Source of the DNA: an uncultured Reyranella sp.
GTDB lineage: Bacteria > Pseudomonadota > Alphaproteobacteria > Reyranellales > Reyranellaceae
DNA: 64,000 bases
Direction of reading: 5' to 3'
NCBI RefSeq assembly: GCF_945957355.1
Contig: NZ_CAMFKM010000002.1
Span: forward strand, 443,377-507,376
Positions 1-10,965 of the stretch are shown here, one piece after another. Numbering within the stretch: the stretch's first letter is position 1; each line of letters begins with the position of its first letter. The position numbers and the translations under genes are program-made. The notes beneath the pieces were generated by a model. It saw nothing but the letters and a program-made list of their open reading frames with translations, had not been told where the DNA came from and did no database searches.

Positions 1-19
1 TCCGAGTCCCGTCCAACAA

Positions 20-69
20 ACGAAATAAACGAAATAAGCGAAACAAATGAAACGAAGGTCGCACCCCCT
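20..69. repeat. Four tandem degenerate 9-mers (ACGAAATAA x2, GCGAAACAA, ATGAAACGA) followed by GTCGCACCCCCT; related copy in opposite orientation at 43757-43797
   Basis: Read directly. The AT-rich 9-bp periodicity stands out against the GC-rich background, and the 12-nt GTCGCACCCCCT is identical to the reverse complement of 43757-43768. Confidence 0.4.
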
Positions 70-259
70 TACACAGGAGGTTCCGGCACTCGATATTGTG
101 TGCCTCCCGATTGGCGCCTCAGGATCTGGTTGATGTCCTCGGGTCTTGCCCCTCCTGGCGGGAGCGTTTCAGGCCTGCCGGCTCGGTCGCCAATCGGCCC
201 TTTCCGGGGCCACCCGATCGCTCCTCTGGTCGCAGGAGTGCCCGTGCCCCGCGCTGCGG

Positions 260-1381
260 CTAGGCCGTCTCGCCGACGGCCTTGCGGAAGCGGGCGAGGG
301 CCATGGTGAACAGGAGAAGGCCGATGACGGCCAGCGCGATGAACTGAGGCCACACCGTCTCGAACCCGGCGCCGCGGAAGAGGATCGCCTGGGCGAGCAT
401 GATGAAGTGCGTCGTCGGGGCCGCCAGCATCAGGTACTGCACGATCTCGGGCATGCTCTCGCGCGGCGTCGTGCCGCCCGACAGCATCTCCAGGGGCAGG
501 AGCACGAGGATGAGCAGCAGCCCGAACTGCGGCATGGATCGCGCGACGGTCGCCAGGAACACGCCGAGCGACGTGGTGGCGAAGAGGTGCACGGCGGCGC
601 CGGCCAGGAACAGGGCGACCGAGCCCTGCAGCGGCACGGCGAGCAGCCCCTGCACGACGAGCAGCAGCGAAAGCGCGCAGGCTGTCAGCACCACCAGCGC
701 CATCGACCAGATCTTGCCCGCCATGATCTCGAGCGGCGTGACGGGCATGACCAGGAGATGCTCGATGGTGCCGTGCTCGCGCTCTCGGATCAGCGCCGCT
801 CCGGTCAGGATGATCGACAGCATGGTGACGTTGTTGACGACCTCGATCACCGACCCGAACCAGGAGATGGTGAGCGACGGGTTGAAGCGCGCGCGCAAGG
901 TAAGCTCGACGGATGCCGGGACATTGGCGCGGTAGCGCCGGACGAAGGCATCGATTTCGCTGGCCACGATGCTCTGGACATAGCCGGCGCCGGTGAAGGC
1001 CTGGCTCATGCGCGTGGCATCGACATTGAGCTGGATGGTCGGCCGGCGACCGGCCAGCAGGTCCCTTTGGAATTCGGGCGGGATGTCGAGGGCGAAGGTG
1101 TCGATCCCGGCATCCATGCGGTGGTCCATCTCGGGCTGCGCGATCATCGAGGGCGGCATGAAGAAGGGCGGGAAGAAGGCGTCGGCGATGCGGGCGGAGA
1201 GCGGCGATCGGTCCTCGTCGACGATGGCGATCGCCGCCTTGTTGAGCTGCTCGGGCATGGCCGTCGATGCGCTGTAGATCGAGAAGGTGAAGGCGAAGAC
1301 GATCAGCGCCAGCATCGCAGGATCGCGGGCAAGCCCGCGCAATTCCTTGAGTCCGAGAAGCAGGATGTTGGCGGCGCGCAT
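260..1381 (-). CDS. ABC-2 type transporter permease (YhhJ-like)
   Basis: 373-aa ORF with one N-terminal helix, a large soluble loop and a C-terminal cluster of hydrophobic helices. It starts 4 nt after the stop of the upstream fused ABC ATPase-permease gene. Confidence 0.85.
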   Translation of the reverse strand: MRAANILLLGLKELRGLARDPAMLALIVFAFTFSIYSASTAMPEQLNKAAIAIVDEDRSPLSARIADAFFPPFFMPPSMIAQPEMDHRMDAGIDTFALDIPPEFQRDLLAGRRPTIQLNVDATRMSQAFTGAGYVQSIVASEIDAFVRRYRANVPASVELTLRARFNPSLTISWFGSVIEVVNNVTMLSIILTGAALIREREHGTIEHLLVMPVTPLEIMAGKIWSMALVVLTACALSLLLVVQGLLAVPLQGSVALFLAGAAVHLFATTSLGVFLATVARSMPQFGLLLILVLLPLEMLSGGTTPRESMPEIVQYLMLAAPTTHFIMLAQAILFRGAGFETVWPQFIALAVIGLLLFTMALARFRKAVGETA

Positions 1382-1384
1382 CGG

Positions 1385-4087
1385 TCAGGCTTCCTGCTTG
1401 CGCAGCAGGGCGGCGCTCAGGCCAACCAGCAGCGGTGCGGCGATCAGCAGCGGCACGAACGATGCCTGCAGATCACCGAACCCCAGCGCCTTGGAGAAGG
1501 TCCCGCGCGCGATCGTCAGGAAATGCGTCATCGGATAGGCCTGTCCGATCGCTGCACCGATGCCCTGCAGCGACGATACCGGGTCGATCATGCCGGAGAA
1601 TTCCATCGCCGGAATCATCGTGCCGATGGTCGTGCCGAAGATCGCCGCCGATTGGCTGCGCATGAAGGTCGAGAACAGCAGGCCGATGGAGGTGGCGGCG
1701 AGGATGTAGAGAAACGCGCCGCCGGCCAGGGCCGCGAAGCTGCCCTTGAAGGGCACGCCGAAGGCGGTCACGGCGAGCAGGGTCAGCAGCAGGAAGTTCA
1801 CCATGCCGAGGACGACGTAGGGAAACTGCTTGCCGATCAGGAACTCGAGCCGGGTGACCGGGGTGACGTAGAAGTTGACGAGCGAGCCCAGCTCCTTCTC
1901 GCGCACGATGCTGAGCGTCGTCAGCATGGCGGGGATCAGGAGCAGCAGCATCGGGATGACGGCCGGAACCATGGCCACCAGGCTGCGGATGTCGGGATTG
2001 TAGCGGAACCGGACTTCGAGATTGGCCAGCGGCAAGGCCAGCGACGTGCCGGCCAGCCATTTCGCATGCATGCCCTGGACGTAGCTCCGGGCGGTCTCGG
2101 CGCGCGACGGCATGGCGCCGTCCAGCCAGGCGCCGATTTCGACCGTGCGTCCGCGGGCAATGTCGCGCGCGAAGTTGGGGGGAATCTCGATGGCGAGGCT
2201 GAGCTCGCCGGAGCGCATGCGGCGATCGAGATCGTCGTAGTCCTGGAGCGGCGGGCGCTGGATGAAATAGCGCGAACCCGCAATGTTGAGGGCATAGTCG
2301 CGGCTCGTCGTCGTGCCGTCGCGGTCGAGCACGGCGAAGGTCAGATCCTCGACGTCCATGTTGATGCCGTAGCCGATGACGAACATCAGGATGACGCTGC
2401 CGAGCAGGGCAAGCGTGGCGCGGATCGGATCGCGCATGAGCTCGATCGCTTCGCGACGCGAGTAGGCCAGCAGGCGCCGCAGTTCAAACGAGCGACCGGG
2501 CGGGGGCGTCGATGCTTCCGGACGTACCGGCGGCGCGACGTCCGTCGCCGTGGCGTCGCCCGCGGCATCCTGCAGCCAGCCGACGAAGGCTTCCTCCAGC
2601 GTGGCGACGCCGCGCCGGGCGACGAGAGCGGCCGGGCTGTCGCTGACCAGCACGCGCCCGGCATGCATCAGCGACACGCGATCGCAGCGTTCGGCCTCGT
2701 TCATCAGATGGGTCGAGATGAAGATGGTGACCCGCTCGCGGCGCGCCAGGTCGATCAACATCCGCCAGATGGCGTCGCGGGCGAGCGGATCGACGCCGGA
2801 CGTGGGTTCGTCGAGGATCAGCAGGGTGGGTTTGTGGATCACCGCCACGGCGAGCGACAAACGCTGCCTCTGGCCGAACGGCAAGGTCGGGGGCAGGGCG
2901 TCCAGCACGTCGAGCAGTTCGAAACGTTCGGCGACCTCCTGGACGCGACCCGCGATCGTCTCCTTGGGCAGGTGGAACAGGCGGGCATGGAGTTCGAGGT
3001 TCTCCCGTACGGTCAGCTCGCTGTAGAGGGAGAAGGACTGCGACATGTAGCCGACGCGACGGCGGGTCTCGAAGTCCTGGGCGTCGACCGGTTGGCCGAA
3101 CAGCCGGGCCTCGCCCTCGCTGGCCGGAAGCAGGCCGGTCAGCATCTTCATGGTCGTGGTCTTGCCGCAGCCGTTGGACCCCAGAAATCCGAAGATCTCG
3201 CCCCGCGCGATGCGCAGGTCGACATGGTCGACGGCGACGAAATCGCCGAAGCGCCTGGTCAGGCCGTGCACCTCGATGGCCACCTCGGCATCGTGCCCGT
3301 TGTCGGGAGGCGACGTCTCGACCGGCTGATGGTCGCGGCCGCGCTCGCCGGGCAGCAGGGCGATGAAGGCCGCCTCGAGCGATGTGGTGCCGGTGCGCGC
3401 GAGCAGATCGAGCGGGCTGCCGGTCGCGATCACGCGCCCCGAATCCATTGCCACCAGCCAATCGAAACGGGCCGCCTCCTCCATGTAGGCGGTCGCCACG
3501 ATGACGCTCATGCCGGGCCGCGCCGCGCGGATACGGGCAATCAGGTCCCAGAACTGGCGGCGCGACAGCGGATCGATGCCAGTCGTCGGTTCGTCGAGGA
3601 TGAGGAGGTCGGGATCGTGAATGAGGGCGCAGCACAGGCCGAGCTTCTGCTTCATGCCGCCCGACAGCTTGCCGGCGGGACGATCGACGAACGGCGCCAG
3701 GCCGGTGGCCCGCGTCAGCTCGTCGATGCGTCGCTTGCGCTCGCGCCGGCCATGGCCGAACAGGCGACCGAAGAAGTCGATGTTCTCTGCCACCGTGAGG
3801 GTGGCGTAGAGGTTTCGCCCCAGCCCCTGAGGCATGTAGGCGATTCGCGCGCAGGCGCGGCGGCGATGCCGGCCGCTCGCCATGTTGCCGCCCAGTACCT
3901 CGATGCTCCCGGCCTGCAGGTGGCGCGCGCCGGCCACCAGCGCGAGCAGGCTCGACTTGCCGACGCCGTCCGGACCGATCAGGCCGACGATGCTTCCGGC
4001 CGGCAGCTCGAGGTCGATGGCCTCCAGGGCCGTCACCCTGCCGTAGCGAAGGCCGATGCCGCGCAGCCGGGCGACGGGGTCGGTCAT
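1385..4087 (-). CDS. rbbA: Fused ABC transporter, two ATPase domains plus ABC-2 permease domain (RbbA/YhiH-like)
   Basis: Two Walker A motifs ([18 protein letters not shown]), an LSGGMKQK signature, two Walker B motifs (LLILDEPT) and a C-terminal polytopic domain. I chose ATG 4087 (MTDPVARL) because it forms an ATGA overlap with the HlyD-family stop. The track ORF starts 33 nt further upstream. Confidence 0.85.
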   Translation of the reverse strand: MTDPVARLRGIGLRYGRVTALEAIDLELPAGSIVGLIGPDGVGKSSLLALVAGARHLQAGSIEVLGGNMASGRHRRRACARIAYMPQGLGRNLYATLTVAENIDFFGRLFGHGRRERKRRIDELTRATGLAPFVDRPAGKLSGGMKQKLGLCCALIHDPDLLILDEPTTGIDPLSRRQFWDLIARIRAARPGMSVIVATAYMEEAARFDWLVAMDSGRVIATGSPLDLLARTGTTSLEAAFIALLPGERGRDHQPVETSPPDNGHDAEVAIEVHGLTRRFGDFVAVDHVDLRIARGEIFGFLGSNGCGKTTTMKMLTGLLPASEGEARLFGQPVDAQDFETRRRVGYMSQSFSLYSELTVRENLELHARLFHLPKETIAGRVQEVAERFELLDVLDALPPTLPFGQRQRLSLAVAVIHKPTLLILDEPTSGVDPLARDAIWRMLIDLARRERVTIFISTHLMNEAERCDRVSLMHAGRVLVSDSPAALVARRGVATLEEAFVGWLQDAAGDATATDVAPPVRPEASTPPPGRSFELRRLLAYSRREAIELMRDPIRATLALLGSVILMFVIGYGINMDVEDLTFAVLDRDGTTTSRDYALNIAGSRYFIQRPPLQDYDDLDRRMRSGELSLAIEIPPNFARDIARGRTVEIGAWLDGAMPSRAETARSYVQGMHAKWLAGTSLALPLANLEVRFRYNPDIRSLVAMVPAVIPMLLLLIPAMLTTLSIVREKELGSLVNFYVTPVTRLEFLIGKQFPYVVLGMVNFLLLTLLAVTAFGVPFKGSFAALAGGAFLYILAATSIGLLFSTFMRSQSAAIFGTTIGTMIPAMEFSGMIDPVSSLQGIGAAIGQAYPMTHFLTIARGTFSKALGFGDLQASFVPLLIAAPLLVGLSAALLRKQEA

Positions 4088-5154
4088 GGTGGAAGCTTCA
4101 CCGCCAGGTTGGCCGGCCAATCGACCCTGGGATCGGTCCGGACGTAGGCGACGCCCGGCAATCCGGTCTTCACCTGGTCGAGGTTCTTGCTGAGCAGGGC
4201 CGGATCGATATTGGCCTTGATGCGGAACATCAGCTTCAAGCGCTCGACGGTCGTTTCGACACTCTTTGGCGTGAACTGCGCCACGTCCGCCACGAAGGTG
4301 ACGCGGGCCGGCAGGACGAATTGCGGGGCGGTGTCGAGGATCAGCCGCACCTCGCTGCCGATGGCGATGCGGCCGGCCGCCTCCGTCGGCAGGAAGAACG
4401 TCATGTAGACGTCTGAAAGGTCGACCATGTTCAGGACCCTGCCGCCCGCCGCGAGGACCTCGCCGGGCTGGGCGACGCGATATTGCACGCGCCCGTCGCG
4501 CGGTGCCTTGAGCGCGCTGTCGTCGATGTCGGCCTGGATCCTGTCGATCGTGGCAAGCGCCGCCTCGTAGGCCGCCTGGGCGCCCACGACCTGGGAGTCG
4601 GCGGTTCCGATGGCGGCGTCGGCCGCAGCGACCTGCGCTTCGGCGGCGGCGAGCGCGGCCTTGGCGCCGTCATGACGCGCGCGATCGTCATCGAGAACCT
4701 GCTGTGCGGTGGCGCCCTTCGGCGCCAGCTCCTCCGAGCGCGCCACGCGCCGGCGCGCCGCGTCGACCTCGGTGCGGCGCTGCGTCACCAGGGCGAGCGC
4801 CGCGCGTTTCTCGGCCTGGCGCTGCGTCACCCGCGAGCGTGCCGTGTCGATTTCAATCCGCGCCTGTTCGAGAATCGCCTTTACCTCGCGGAGCTGGGAC
4901 CGCAGCACCCGCGTGTCCATGTTCGCGAGCACCTGGCCAACCCGCACGAAATCGCCCTCGTTGACCAGGATGTCCTCGACCCGCCCCGGCAGCTTGGTCG
5001 AGACGTCGATGTCGACGGCCTCGATCCTGCCGTTGCCACTGGCGAAGCCGGGCGGCAGCGACGGCGCACGAAGCCATTGCCAAGCCGCATATGCTGCGCC
5101 CGCGACGAGCACGACGAGGACGATCCTCGACAGCCAGGCTTGCGACACGGTCAT
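4084..5154 (-). CDS. HlyD-family periplasmic adaptor (membrane fusion protein)
   Basis: 356 aa with an N-terminal TM anchor, a long Ala/Arg/Gln-rich coiled-coil section and a C-terminal beta-barrel-like segment. It is the first gene of the three-gene exporter operon. Confidence 0.85.
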   Translation of the reverse strand: MTVSQAWLSRIVLVVLVAGAAYAAWQWLRAPSLPPGFASGNGRIEAVDIDVSTKLPGRVEDILVNEGDFVRVGQVLANMDTRVLRSQLREVKAILEQARIEIDTARSRVTQRQAEKRAALALVTQRRTEVDAARRRVARSEELAPKGATAQQVLDDDRARHDGAKAALAAAEAQVAAADAAIGTADSQVVGAQAAYEAALATIDRIQADIDDSALKAPRDGRVQYRVAQPGEVLAAGGRVLNMVDLSDVYMTFFLPTEAAGRIAIGSEVRLILDTAPQFVLPARVTFVADVAQFTPKSVETTVERLKLMFRIKANIDPALLSKNLDQVKTGLPGVAYVRTDPRVDWPANLAVKLPP

Positions 5155-5328
5155 GCGGGTTCGGAGGCTCGGTTTATGGAGGCGCGATTAGGACATCTTT
5201 GCGCCATTCACCACGTTGATCTGGATCAACGATCGGGCGGCGAATTGGTCCCTCGCGGGCCTGCGAGGAGTACCGCTCCTTTGACAACGATCAAGTCGCG
5301 TGCCGGCCCTGCAGGCTAACGATGCAGC

Positions 5329-5847
5329 ATGGGAGGTATTCTGGGAATCGCGGAGACCGCCATCCGGCCGGAGCGCACGATGCGCCAGGACCCGATGTCC
5401 GCCTTCCGCATCATGGTGGACGTGGCGTCGCGCGCTCTTTCGCCGGCCGTCAACGATCCAACCACGGCCGTGCTGGCGCTCGACCAGATCCACCGGCTGC
5501 TGCGCTACGCAGGCCAGAAGAACCTCGCCAACGCGCGGGTGTACGATTCACGCGGGACACTGCGGCTGGTTTTCCCCACGCCTGACTGGGACGACATCGT
5601 CGACCTGGCCGTGACCGAGGTGCGCCAGTACGGCGCCACCAGCACCCAGGTCGTTCGCCGTCTGCGGGCGATGCTCGAACATCTCGTCCACCGGCTGCCG
5701 GCGGCGCGTGTGCCGGCGTTGCAGAGTGAGCTGGCGTTGCTCGAGGAGACCGTTGCCCGCGCCTTCCCCGAGCCCGAGGATCGCCGGCGCGCGAACAAGG
5801 GCGATCTGCAAGGGCTCGGCGGATCGTCGGGGCGGTCGGACAGCTAG
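5329..5847 (+). pseudogene. C-terminal fragment of a DUF2254-type membrane protein (N-terminal part missing)
   Basis: The 172-aa ORF carries the conserved RTxxQDxxFxxxxxVDVAxRALSPAVNDPTTAV block I associate with DUF2254. The reading frame opens only at 5320 (TAA at 5317-5319). The divergent hlyD start lies 175 nt upstream, so there is no room for the TM-containing N-terminal half. Confidence 0.5.
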
Positions 5848-5883
5848 GCCGGCCCGGCGCCGCAACTTGACATAAGTCAAGGC

Positions 5884-6210
5884 ATGTCGGCCTCCCGCCG
5901 CTACGGTCCCAACTCCGCTACTCGGGATCGCGCCATGAAACGAGGCAAGCCCAGATCGCCCCAGGCTGCGGCGCGAGCCTACCCCAGGCTCATTCACAGG
6001 ACGGACCGCCTGGAGGTCTGGTTGATTCAGGGCGGCAGAACGATCGAGCGCATAGGATCCGTGGGCATACCGCTCGCCCGCGACGCCCTGCGCCATGGGG
6101 AGGATGTGGTGGCGGAACTGTTCGACGAAGCGCGGCGCACGCTCGAGCGGCGCCAGGCGGTCCGGCGGCTCGCCGCTCGTTCGCCGAGGACGACACGCGG
6201 GGTGGCATGA
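5884..6210 (+). CDS. Hypothetical protein
   Basis: 108-aa ORF whose TGA overlaps the ATG of the next gene (ATGA at 6207-6210). GC3 is plausible but several rare codons occur (AGA, AGG, ATA). I recognise no family. Confidence 0.3.
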   Translation: MSASRRYGPNSATRDRAMKRGKPRSPQAAARAYPRLIHRTDRLEVWLIQGGRTIERIGSVGIPLARDALRHGEDVVAELFDEARRTLERRQAVRRLAARSPRTTRGVA

Positions 6211-6563
6211 TGCCGATGGCCATCGACGTGCTGGCCTCCACGGCGGGCCACATCGTGGAACTGATTGGCGTCCTCATTCTGTTGGCCGGCGCCCTCATCG
6301 CAATCATCGCGTGCCTGGTCCGCCTCCGACGCGGGGCGACCCTGCACGATGCCTATCACGGGCTGAGGGCCGATCTCGGGCGATCCATGTTGCTCGGCCT
6401 GGAATTCCTCGTCATCGCCGACATCATCGGCACAGTGGCCGTGGAGCCGACCTTGCACAATCTTGCCGTCCTCGCGGCGATCGTCGCGATCCGCACCCTG
6501 CTCAGCTTCGCGCTCGAGCTCGAGGTCAGCGGACGCTGGCCGTGGCAAAAGGGCGAAAAATAG
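6207..6563 (+). CDS. Small integral membrane protein (DUF1622-like)
   Basis: 118 aa with about 3-4 hydrophobic helices and the LGLEFLVIADII motif I associate with DUF1622. Confidence 0.7.
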   Translation: MMPMAIDVLASTAGHIVELIGVLILLAGALIAIIACLVRLRRGATLHDAYHGLRADLGRSMLLGLEFLVIADIIGTVAVEPTLHNLAVLAAIVAIRTLLSFALELEVSGRWPWQKGEK

Positions 6564-6581
6564 TTCGCGCTTGATCTCGGC

Positions 6582-7448
6582 TCAATTCTTCTGGCCGCCA
6601 TCGCGGCGCAACCAAAAGCAGCCGCCATGCTGTTCGACGTCTTCGAAATGTCGACCCTCGAAGATCGCTGCCACTGACGGCCGGAAGGCCGGACTGCCAA
6701 AGACGAGGCTGTTTGGGAGGAGGATCTCGTCGGCGCCGCCACCGCCCATCAGGTAGCTCATCAGCAGGTACTGCTCGTTGAAGAAACGGGCGCTCCAGGC
6801 GTCGGGATAGTCATAGGGAAAGAAGATGTCGTGCAGGCCCCAGATGATGCCGGGCGCGAGCACCGGCAGGATCTCCATGAAGAAGACCGTGACGTCGGAA
6901 TTCTGGAAGGACCGGTGCGAGTTGTCGACGAACAGTGCTGCATCGCCCGGCAGATCGGCGAAGAAGTTCGTGGCGATCTCTTCGCACGGACGGCGGATCA
7001 CCTCATCGCAGATCGCATCGATATCGCGTCGAGGCTGCGGATCGATCGAAACGATCCGGGTGCGCAAGCCATGATCCTCGATCGCACGTCGGGCGAACTT
7101 GGTCGAATTACCCGAGCCGATCTCGATATAGATCGAAGGATTGTGCCGGGCGAGCAGGCCGTAGAGCGACACGGCATCGAGGCCGGGAAAGGACCCGTTT
7201 ATCCAGCGAGGAGTCCGATCTTCGTTGGGGGCGCGTGCCGGGATCTTCTCGAACCACGGGCGGAGGCTTGCGAAATGCGCGAGCAGCGCCTCGTAGTCAT
7301 CGGCGGATTCATGGGCCTTCCGCGCCAGCGCCTGGACGCCGGGCGCCTTGCTCCAGTCCCGCTGACGGGGAAGGTAACCGTAGTCGAAAACCACGCGCCG
7401 GCGGCGGCCGGATCGCGTTGCGTCCAGCAACCATTGGAAGAGAGCCAT
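6582..7448 (-). CDS. Class I SAM-dependent methyltransferase
   Basis: The IEIGSGNSTKF glycine-rich SAM motif, followed by VSIDP and FVDNSH. The internal ATG at 7448 (MALFQWLL) was chosen. The upstream 107 codons of the track ORF are Pro/Arg/Ala low complexity and overlap the divergent gene. Confidence 0.75.
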   Translation of the reverse strand: MALFQWLLDATRSGRRRRVVFDYGYLPRQRDWSKAPGVQALARKAHESADDYEALLAHFASLRPWFEKIPARAPNEDRTPRWINGSFPGLDAVSLYGLLARHNPSIYIEIGSGNSTKFARRAIEDHGLRTRIVSIDPQPRRDIDAICDEVIRRPCEEIATNFFADLPGDAALFVDNSHRSFQNSDVTVFFMEILPVLAPGIIWGLHDIFFPYDYPDAWSARFFNEQYLLMSYLMGGGGADEILLPNSLVFGSPAFRPSVAAIFEGRHFEDVEQHGGCFWLRRDGGQKN

Positions 7449-7483
7449 GGCGCCGTATTGGCATAAAGCTCCAGCCTGTCCAA

Positions 7484-8731
7484 ATGGCGGGCGCCGGCTT
7501 AGACTTGCGGCGCGTGTCCAGTCTCCTTCGCGTCGCCGGCCTCCTGGGCCTCCTCGTCGTTGCCGGCGCAACGATTTGGTTTTTTCGAATAGATGAGCTG
7601 AAGGTCGCGGGACCGCGGACGGATTATTTCCTCTATCTCGCGGCGCTGCTCGTCCTCGTGATCGGGCTGGCGCGCTGGCCGCGCGTCTCGGGGACGCTGC
7701 TGGTGCTGGCCTGCATCGAACTCGCCTGGGGGCTGGGCTCGTGGGCCCTGGCGCCGCCGGGCTCGCCATCGCTGCTGCCGCCGGTCGCCGCCGAGCCGGC
7801 GCGCTTCCAGTGGCATCCGCTGCTCCAGGCCGTACCGGCGCCAGGTCTCGCCTTCACCAGTTCGACGGGACTCGCCATCCGCCATTCTTCCGAGGGCACG
7901 CGCGGTCGCGATCCCGATCCGGCCCGGCTGGCCGACAGCGGCGTGGTGGCGACCTTCGGCGGATCGGCGACCTACGACATCGGCAACGGCGAGGGCGACA
8001 CCTGGCCCGACCGGCTGGACGAGGCGTTGCGCGACGACGGGCTGGTCGTCGTCAATCACGGCGTGCCGGGCTACACGACGGCCGAGCACGTGCTGCAAAC
8101 GGCGTTCTATCCCGAGAAGTTCGGCAAGGCGCCGCGCTGCGCCGTCTACTTCGTGGGCTGGAACGACCTGCGCAATGCGCACATCCCCGACCTGGACGCG
8201 GGCTATGCCGACTTCCACATGCCGAGCCAGGTCGACTCCCTGAAGGTGCGGCGCATCGGCGGCTCCAACGTCACGATCTCGCCGCTGCTCACGGTGCTCG
8301 CCCGTCTCGTGGCCGCCGAGATCGACACGGTGCGCTATGCCAAGGACCCGTACGCGCTGCCGCCCGCCGGCGGGCCCGATCCGGCGGCCGCGTCGATCTT
8401 CGAGCGCAACGTCCGCACGATCTCCGCCATCAACCGGGCGCGCGGTACGCCGACGGTCTGGGTCGGGCAGGTCGTCAACCGCGACCGCCTGAAAGGCGAT
8501 GGCCTCTACGGCTGGCTGCCGCGCGTCCGCGATCGCGATCTCCCAGTGTTGCTGCAGCAGTCGAACGCGTTGCTGGAGCGGACGGCGCGGGCGTTGGGCG
8601 ATACCTATGTCGCCTTGCCGCCCGATGCGTTCGGTCCGGCCGACTTCGTCGACGAGGGACACTTCTCCGCCGCGGGTGCGCGCCGCTTCGCGGCGCTGCT
8701 GGCGCCGGTCGTGCGCGAGGCTTGCCGCTAG
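7484..8731 (+). CDS. SGNH/GDSL-family hydrolase with N-terminal transmembrane segments
   Basis: Start MAGAGLDL at 7484. Three N-terminal hydrophobic helices, then FGGSATYD (block I-like), GVPGYT, and FVGWND (block III GxND), ending with DEGHFS (catalytic D-x-x-H). Confidence 0.75.
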   Translation: MAGAGLDLRRVSSLLRVAGLLGLLVVAGATIWFFRIDELKVAGPRTDYFLYLAALLVLVIGLARWPRVSGTLLVLACIELAWGLGSWALAPPGSPSLLPPVAAEPARFQWHPLLQAVPAPGLAFTSSTGLAIRHSSEGTRGRDPDPARLADSGVVATFGGSATYDIGNGEGDTWPDRLDEALRDDGLVVVNHGVPGYTTAEHVLQTAFYPEKFGKAPRCAVYFVGWNDLRNAHIPDLDAGYADFHMPSQVDSLKVRRIGGSNVTISPLLTVLARLVAAEIDTVRYAKDPYALPPAGGPDPAAASIFERNVRTISAINRARGTPTVWVGQVVNRDRLKGDGLYGWLPRVRDRDLPVLLQQSNALLERTARALGDTYVALPPDAFGPADFVDEGHFSAAGARRFAALLAPVVREACR

Positions 8732-8757
8732 TCGTGCAGGATTCTACTGCTGTCGGC

Positions 8758-9519
8758 ATGACTTCCCCGTCCCGCGTGATCCTCATCACCGGTGCCTCCT
8801 CGGGCATCGGCGCCGCAACCGCCCGCGCACTGGCCGCGCCCGACACAGCGCTGGCCCTGCATGCGCGACGCAACCGTGCGGGACTCGAGCGGGTCGCGGG
8901 CTTTGCCGCCGGTGCCGGTGCGCAGACCTTGATCCTCGAAGGTGACCTTGCCGTCTCCGGCACGGCGGCGCGTCTCGTCGACGAGACCGTGAAGGCGTTC
9001 GGCCATCTCGATGTGATCGTGAGCAATGCCGGATTCGCGAACCGCACGCCGGTCGGCGAACTCGATCGTGCGGCCTGGGACGCCAGCCAGAACGCCATGA
9101 CCGGGGCCTTCTTCGAACTGGCGACAGCGGCCAAGCCATGGCTGGTCAAGGCCGGGACGGCGGGCCGCCTGGTCGGCGTCTCGTCCTTCGTCGCCCATGC
9201 TTTCGCGCGCGGCCTCATGACCTTTCCGGCCTCGGCCGCGGCCAAGGCCGGCGTCGAGGCTTTCGCCAAGGCCTTTGCCGTCGATATCGCCGCTTCTGGG
9301 GCCACGGTGAACTGCGTTGCCCCGGGCTTCATCGAGAAGGATCCGGACGCCCATGCCGCCGTGCCGCGCGCCGGCATGGAGAAGGTGACGCAGTCGATCC
9401 CGATGGGTCGCTACGGCAAGCCCGCGGAAGTGGCGGCCCTGATCGCCTTCCTCTGTTCGCCGGCCGCCGGCTACATCACCGGCCAGACGCTGCACGTGAA
9501 CGGCGGCGTCACGTTGTAG
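8758..9519 (+). CDS. SDR-family oxidoreductase
   Basis: Start [18 protein letters not shown] at 8758 (TGxxxGIG cofactor motif). NAG is present, a YxxxK-equivalent region is [10 protein letters not shown], and the C-terminus is typical ([11 protein letters not shown]). Confidence 0.85.
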   Translation: MTSPSRVILITGASSGIGAATARALAAPDTALALHARRNRAGLERVAGFAAGAGAQTLILEGDLAVSGTAARLVDETVKAFGHLDVIVSNAGFANRTPVGELDRAAWDASQNAMTGAFFELATAAKPWLVKAGTAGRLVGVSSFVAHAFARGLMTFPASAAAKAGVEAFAKAFAVDIAASGATVNCVAPGFIEKDPDAHAAVPRAGMEKVTQSIPMGRYGKPAEVAALIAFLCSPAAGYITGQTLHVNGGVTL

Positions 9520-9543
9520 ACCGAGTGGAGCTCGGCCTAAGAC

Positions 9544-10413
9544 TTACCCGATCGAACGCACCAGGCGGGTGATGTCGATGCCCTTGGCATCGATGCCGAA
9601 CCAGTCGAGATAGAGTGGCACCTGGTGGTCGAGCGTGTGCCGGCCATGATGAATGCGCCGTCCGTGGGTGCGGGCCCGCTTCAGCAGCGGGGTTTCGGCG
9701 GGGCTCATGATCACGTCGGCCACCACGACGTCGGGATCGAGCGTCATGGGGTCGAAGGCTTGCGGATCGTCGGCGCGCAAACCCAGGGGCGTCGCGTTGA
9801 TCGCGATATGGATTCCCTTGGGCGGCGACCGGACCTCCGCGACAGGCACGTCGGGATAATGGCTCAGCAGCCGGTCGATCGCCTTGGCGGCGCGCGCTTC
9901 CTGTATCTCGGTGACCAGGAGGCGGCCGACACCGGCCTCGCACAGCGCGGCGGCAATGGCGCCGCCGGCGCCACCCAGGCCAACCAGCCAGACGCTGGCG
10001 CCCTTCACGCGATGGCCCTGCGCCTCCAGTCCGTGCACGAAGCCCAGGCCATCGACATTGTCGCCCGCCAGCACCCCGTCGGGGTCGCGGCGCACCAGGT
10101 TGACGCTGCCGGCCGCCGTCGCGCGAGGCGTGGCGCGACCCAGCAGGTCGAGCATGGTGGTCTTGTGCGGGATGGTGACGGTGAAGCCACCGAGGTTGCG
10201 CATCTTGGCCAGCGCGTCGAGCATCAGCGGCAGGAGTTCGGGGCCGCCTTCGAAGGGCAGCCAGACGGCATTGACGCCAGTGGCGGCGAAGACCTGCGGC
10301 ATCACGCCGGTCAGGCGCAGCTGGCGGATGGGATCGCCGATCGTGCCATAGAGGCGCGTGGCGCCGTTGACCTGGAACAAGCCGTTGAAGAGCTGCGGAT
10401 CTGTCGGGTTCAT
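9544..10413 (-). CDS. Shikimate/quinate dehydrogenase family protein
   Basis: 289 aa with an N-terminal substrate domain (FTVTIPHK, NLV..DPDG.L.GDNVDG) and a Rossmann motif GLGGAGGA. Confidence 0.8.
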   Translation of the reverse strand: MNPTDPQLFNGLFQVNGATRLYGTIGDPIRQLRLTGVMPQVFAATGVNAVWLPFEGGPELLPLMLDALAKMRNLGGFTVTIPHKTTMLDLLGRATPRATAAGSVNLVRRDPDGVLAGDNVDGLGFVHGLEAQGHRVKGASVWLVGLGGAGGAIAAALCEAGVGRLLVTEIQEARAAKAIDRLLSHYPDVPVAEVRSPPKGIHIAINATPLGLRADDPQAFDPMTLDPDVVVADVIMSPAETPLLKRARTHGRRIHHGRHTLDHQVPLYLDWFGIDAKGIDITRLVRSIG

Positions 10414-10482
10414 GGCACCCCAAAGGAAAACGGCGGAGCCTGCGCTCCGCCGTCCGATCTTGGCCGTGCGCGGCGCGCAGGG

Positions 10483-10965
10483 CTAGAGATTCTTCAGCAC
10501 GTGCTCGGCCGAGGAAACCTCGAACGCACCCGGCTTCTCGACGAACAGTTGCTTGATGGTGCCGTCCTCGACAACCATGGCATAGCGCTGGCTGCGCGTG
10601 CCGAGACCGAACTTCGAGCCGTCCATCGTCAGGCCCATCGCCTGCGTGAATTCAGCGTTGCCGTCGCCCAGCATCATGACCTTGTCGCCCGCCTTCTGGT
10701 CCTTGCCCCAGGCGCCCATGACGAAGGCATCGTTGACGGAGATGCAGGCGATCGTGTCGACGCCCTTGGCCTTCAGCTTGTCGAACTCGGTGACGAAACC
10801 CGGAACGTGCTTGGCCGAGCAGGTCGGGGTGAAGGCACCCGGCAGCGCGAAGGCGACGACCTTCTTGCCCGGCGCGAAAAGTTCCTCGGTGGTCACGGCC
10901 TTGGGGCCCTCCGGGCCCAGCATGCGCAGCGTGGCGCTGGGGACTTTGTCTCCGACTTTCGCCAT
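10483..10965 (-). CDS. Peroxiredoxin, Prx5 subfamily
   Basis: 160 aa from ATG 10965, preceded by GGAGGAG. LPGAFTPTCS holds the peroxidatic Cys motif, and ISVND is present. Confidence 0.9.
   Translation of the reverse strand: MAKVGDKVPSATLRMLGPEGPKAVTTEELFAPGKKVVAFALPGAFTPTCSAKHVPGFVTEFDKLKAKGVDTIACISVNDAFVMGAWGKDQKAGDKVMMLGDGNAEFTQAMGLTMDGSKFGLGTRSQRYAMVVEDGTIKQLFVEKPGAFEVSSAEHVLKNL

Noticed and set aside
146-4147. 1333-aa ORF on the plus strand spanning the whole ABC exporter region
   Set aside because: It is antisense to two genes that carry clear Walker and ABC-2 motifs. The translation is Arg/Gly/Asp/Ala/His low complexity with no recognisable domain. Long stop-free antisense frames are expected at this GC content.
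5548-6096. 182-aa minus-strand ORF in the islet region
   Set aside because: It overlaps the conserved DUF2254 block on the opposite strand. It has no motif, no plausible ribosome-binding site and a low-complexity composition.
6582-9519. Long N-terminal extensions of track ORFs 6582-7769, 6935-8731 and 7741-9519
   Set aside because: The extensions overlap each other and neighbouring genes and are Pro/Arg/Ala/Gly-rich. The recognisable domains begin at the internal starts 7448, 7484 and 8758. The same reasoning was applied at 10483-11532, 27997-30267, 28743-31319, 32021-33052, 40752-42080, 43822-45021, 46358-48007 and 52892-54085.
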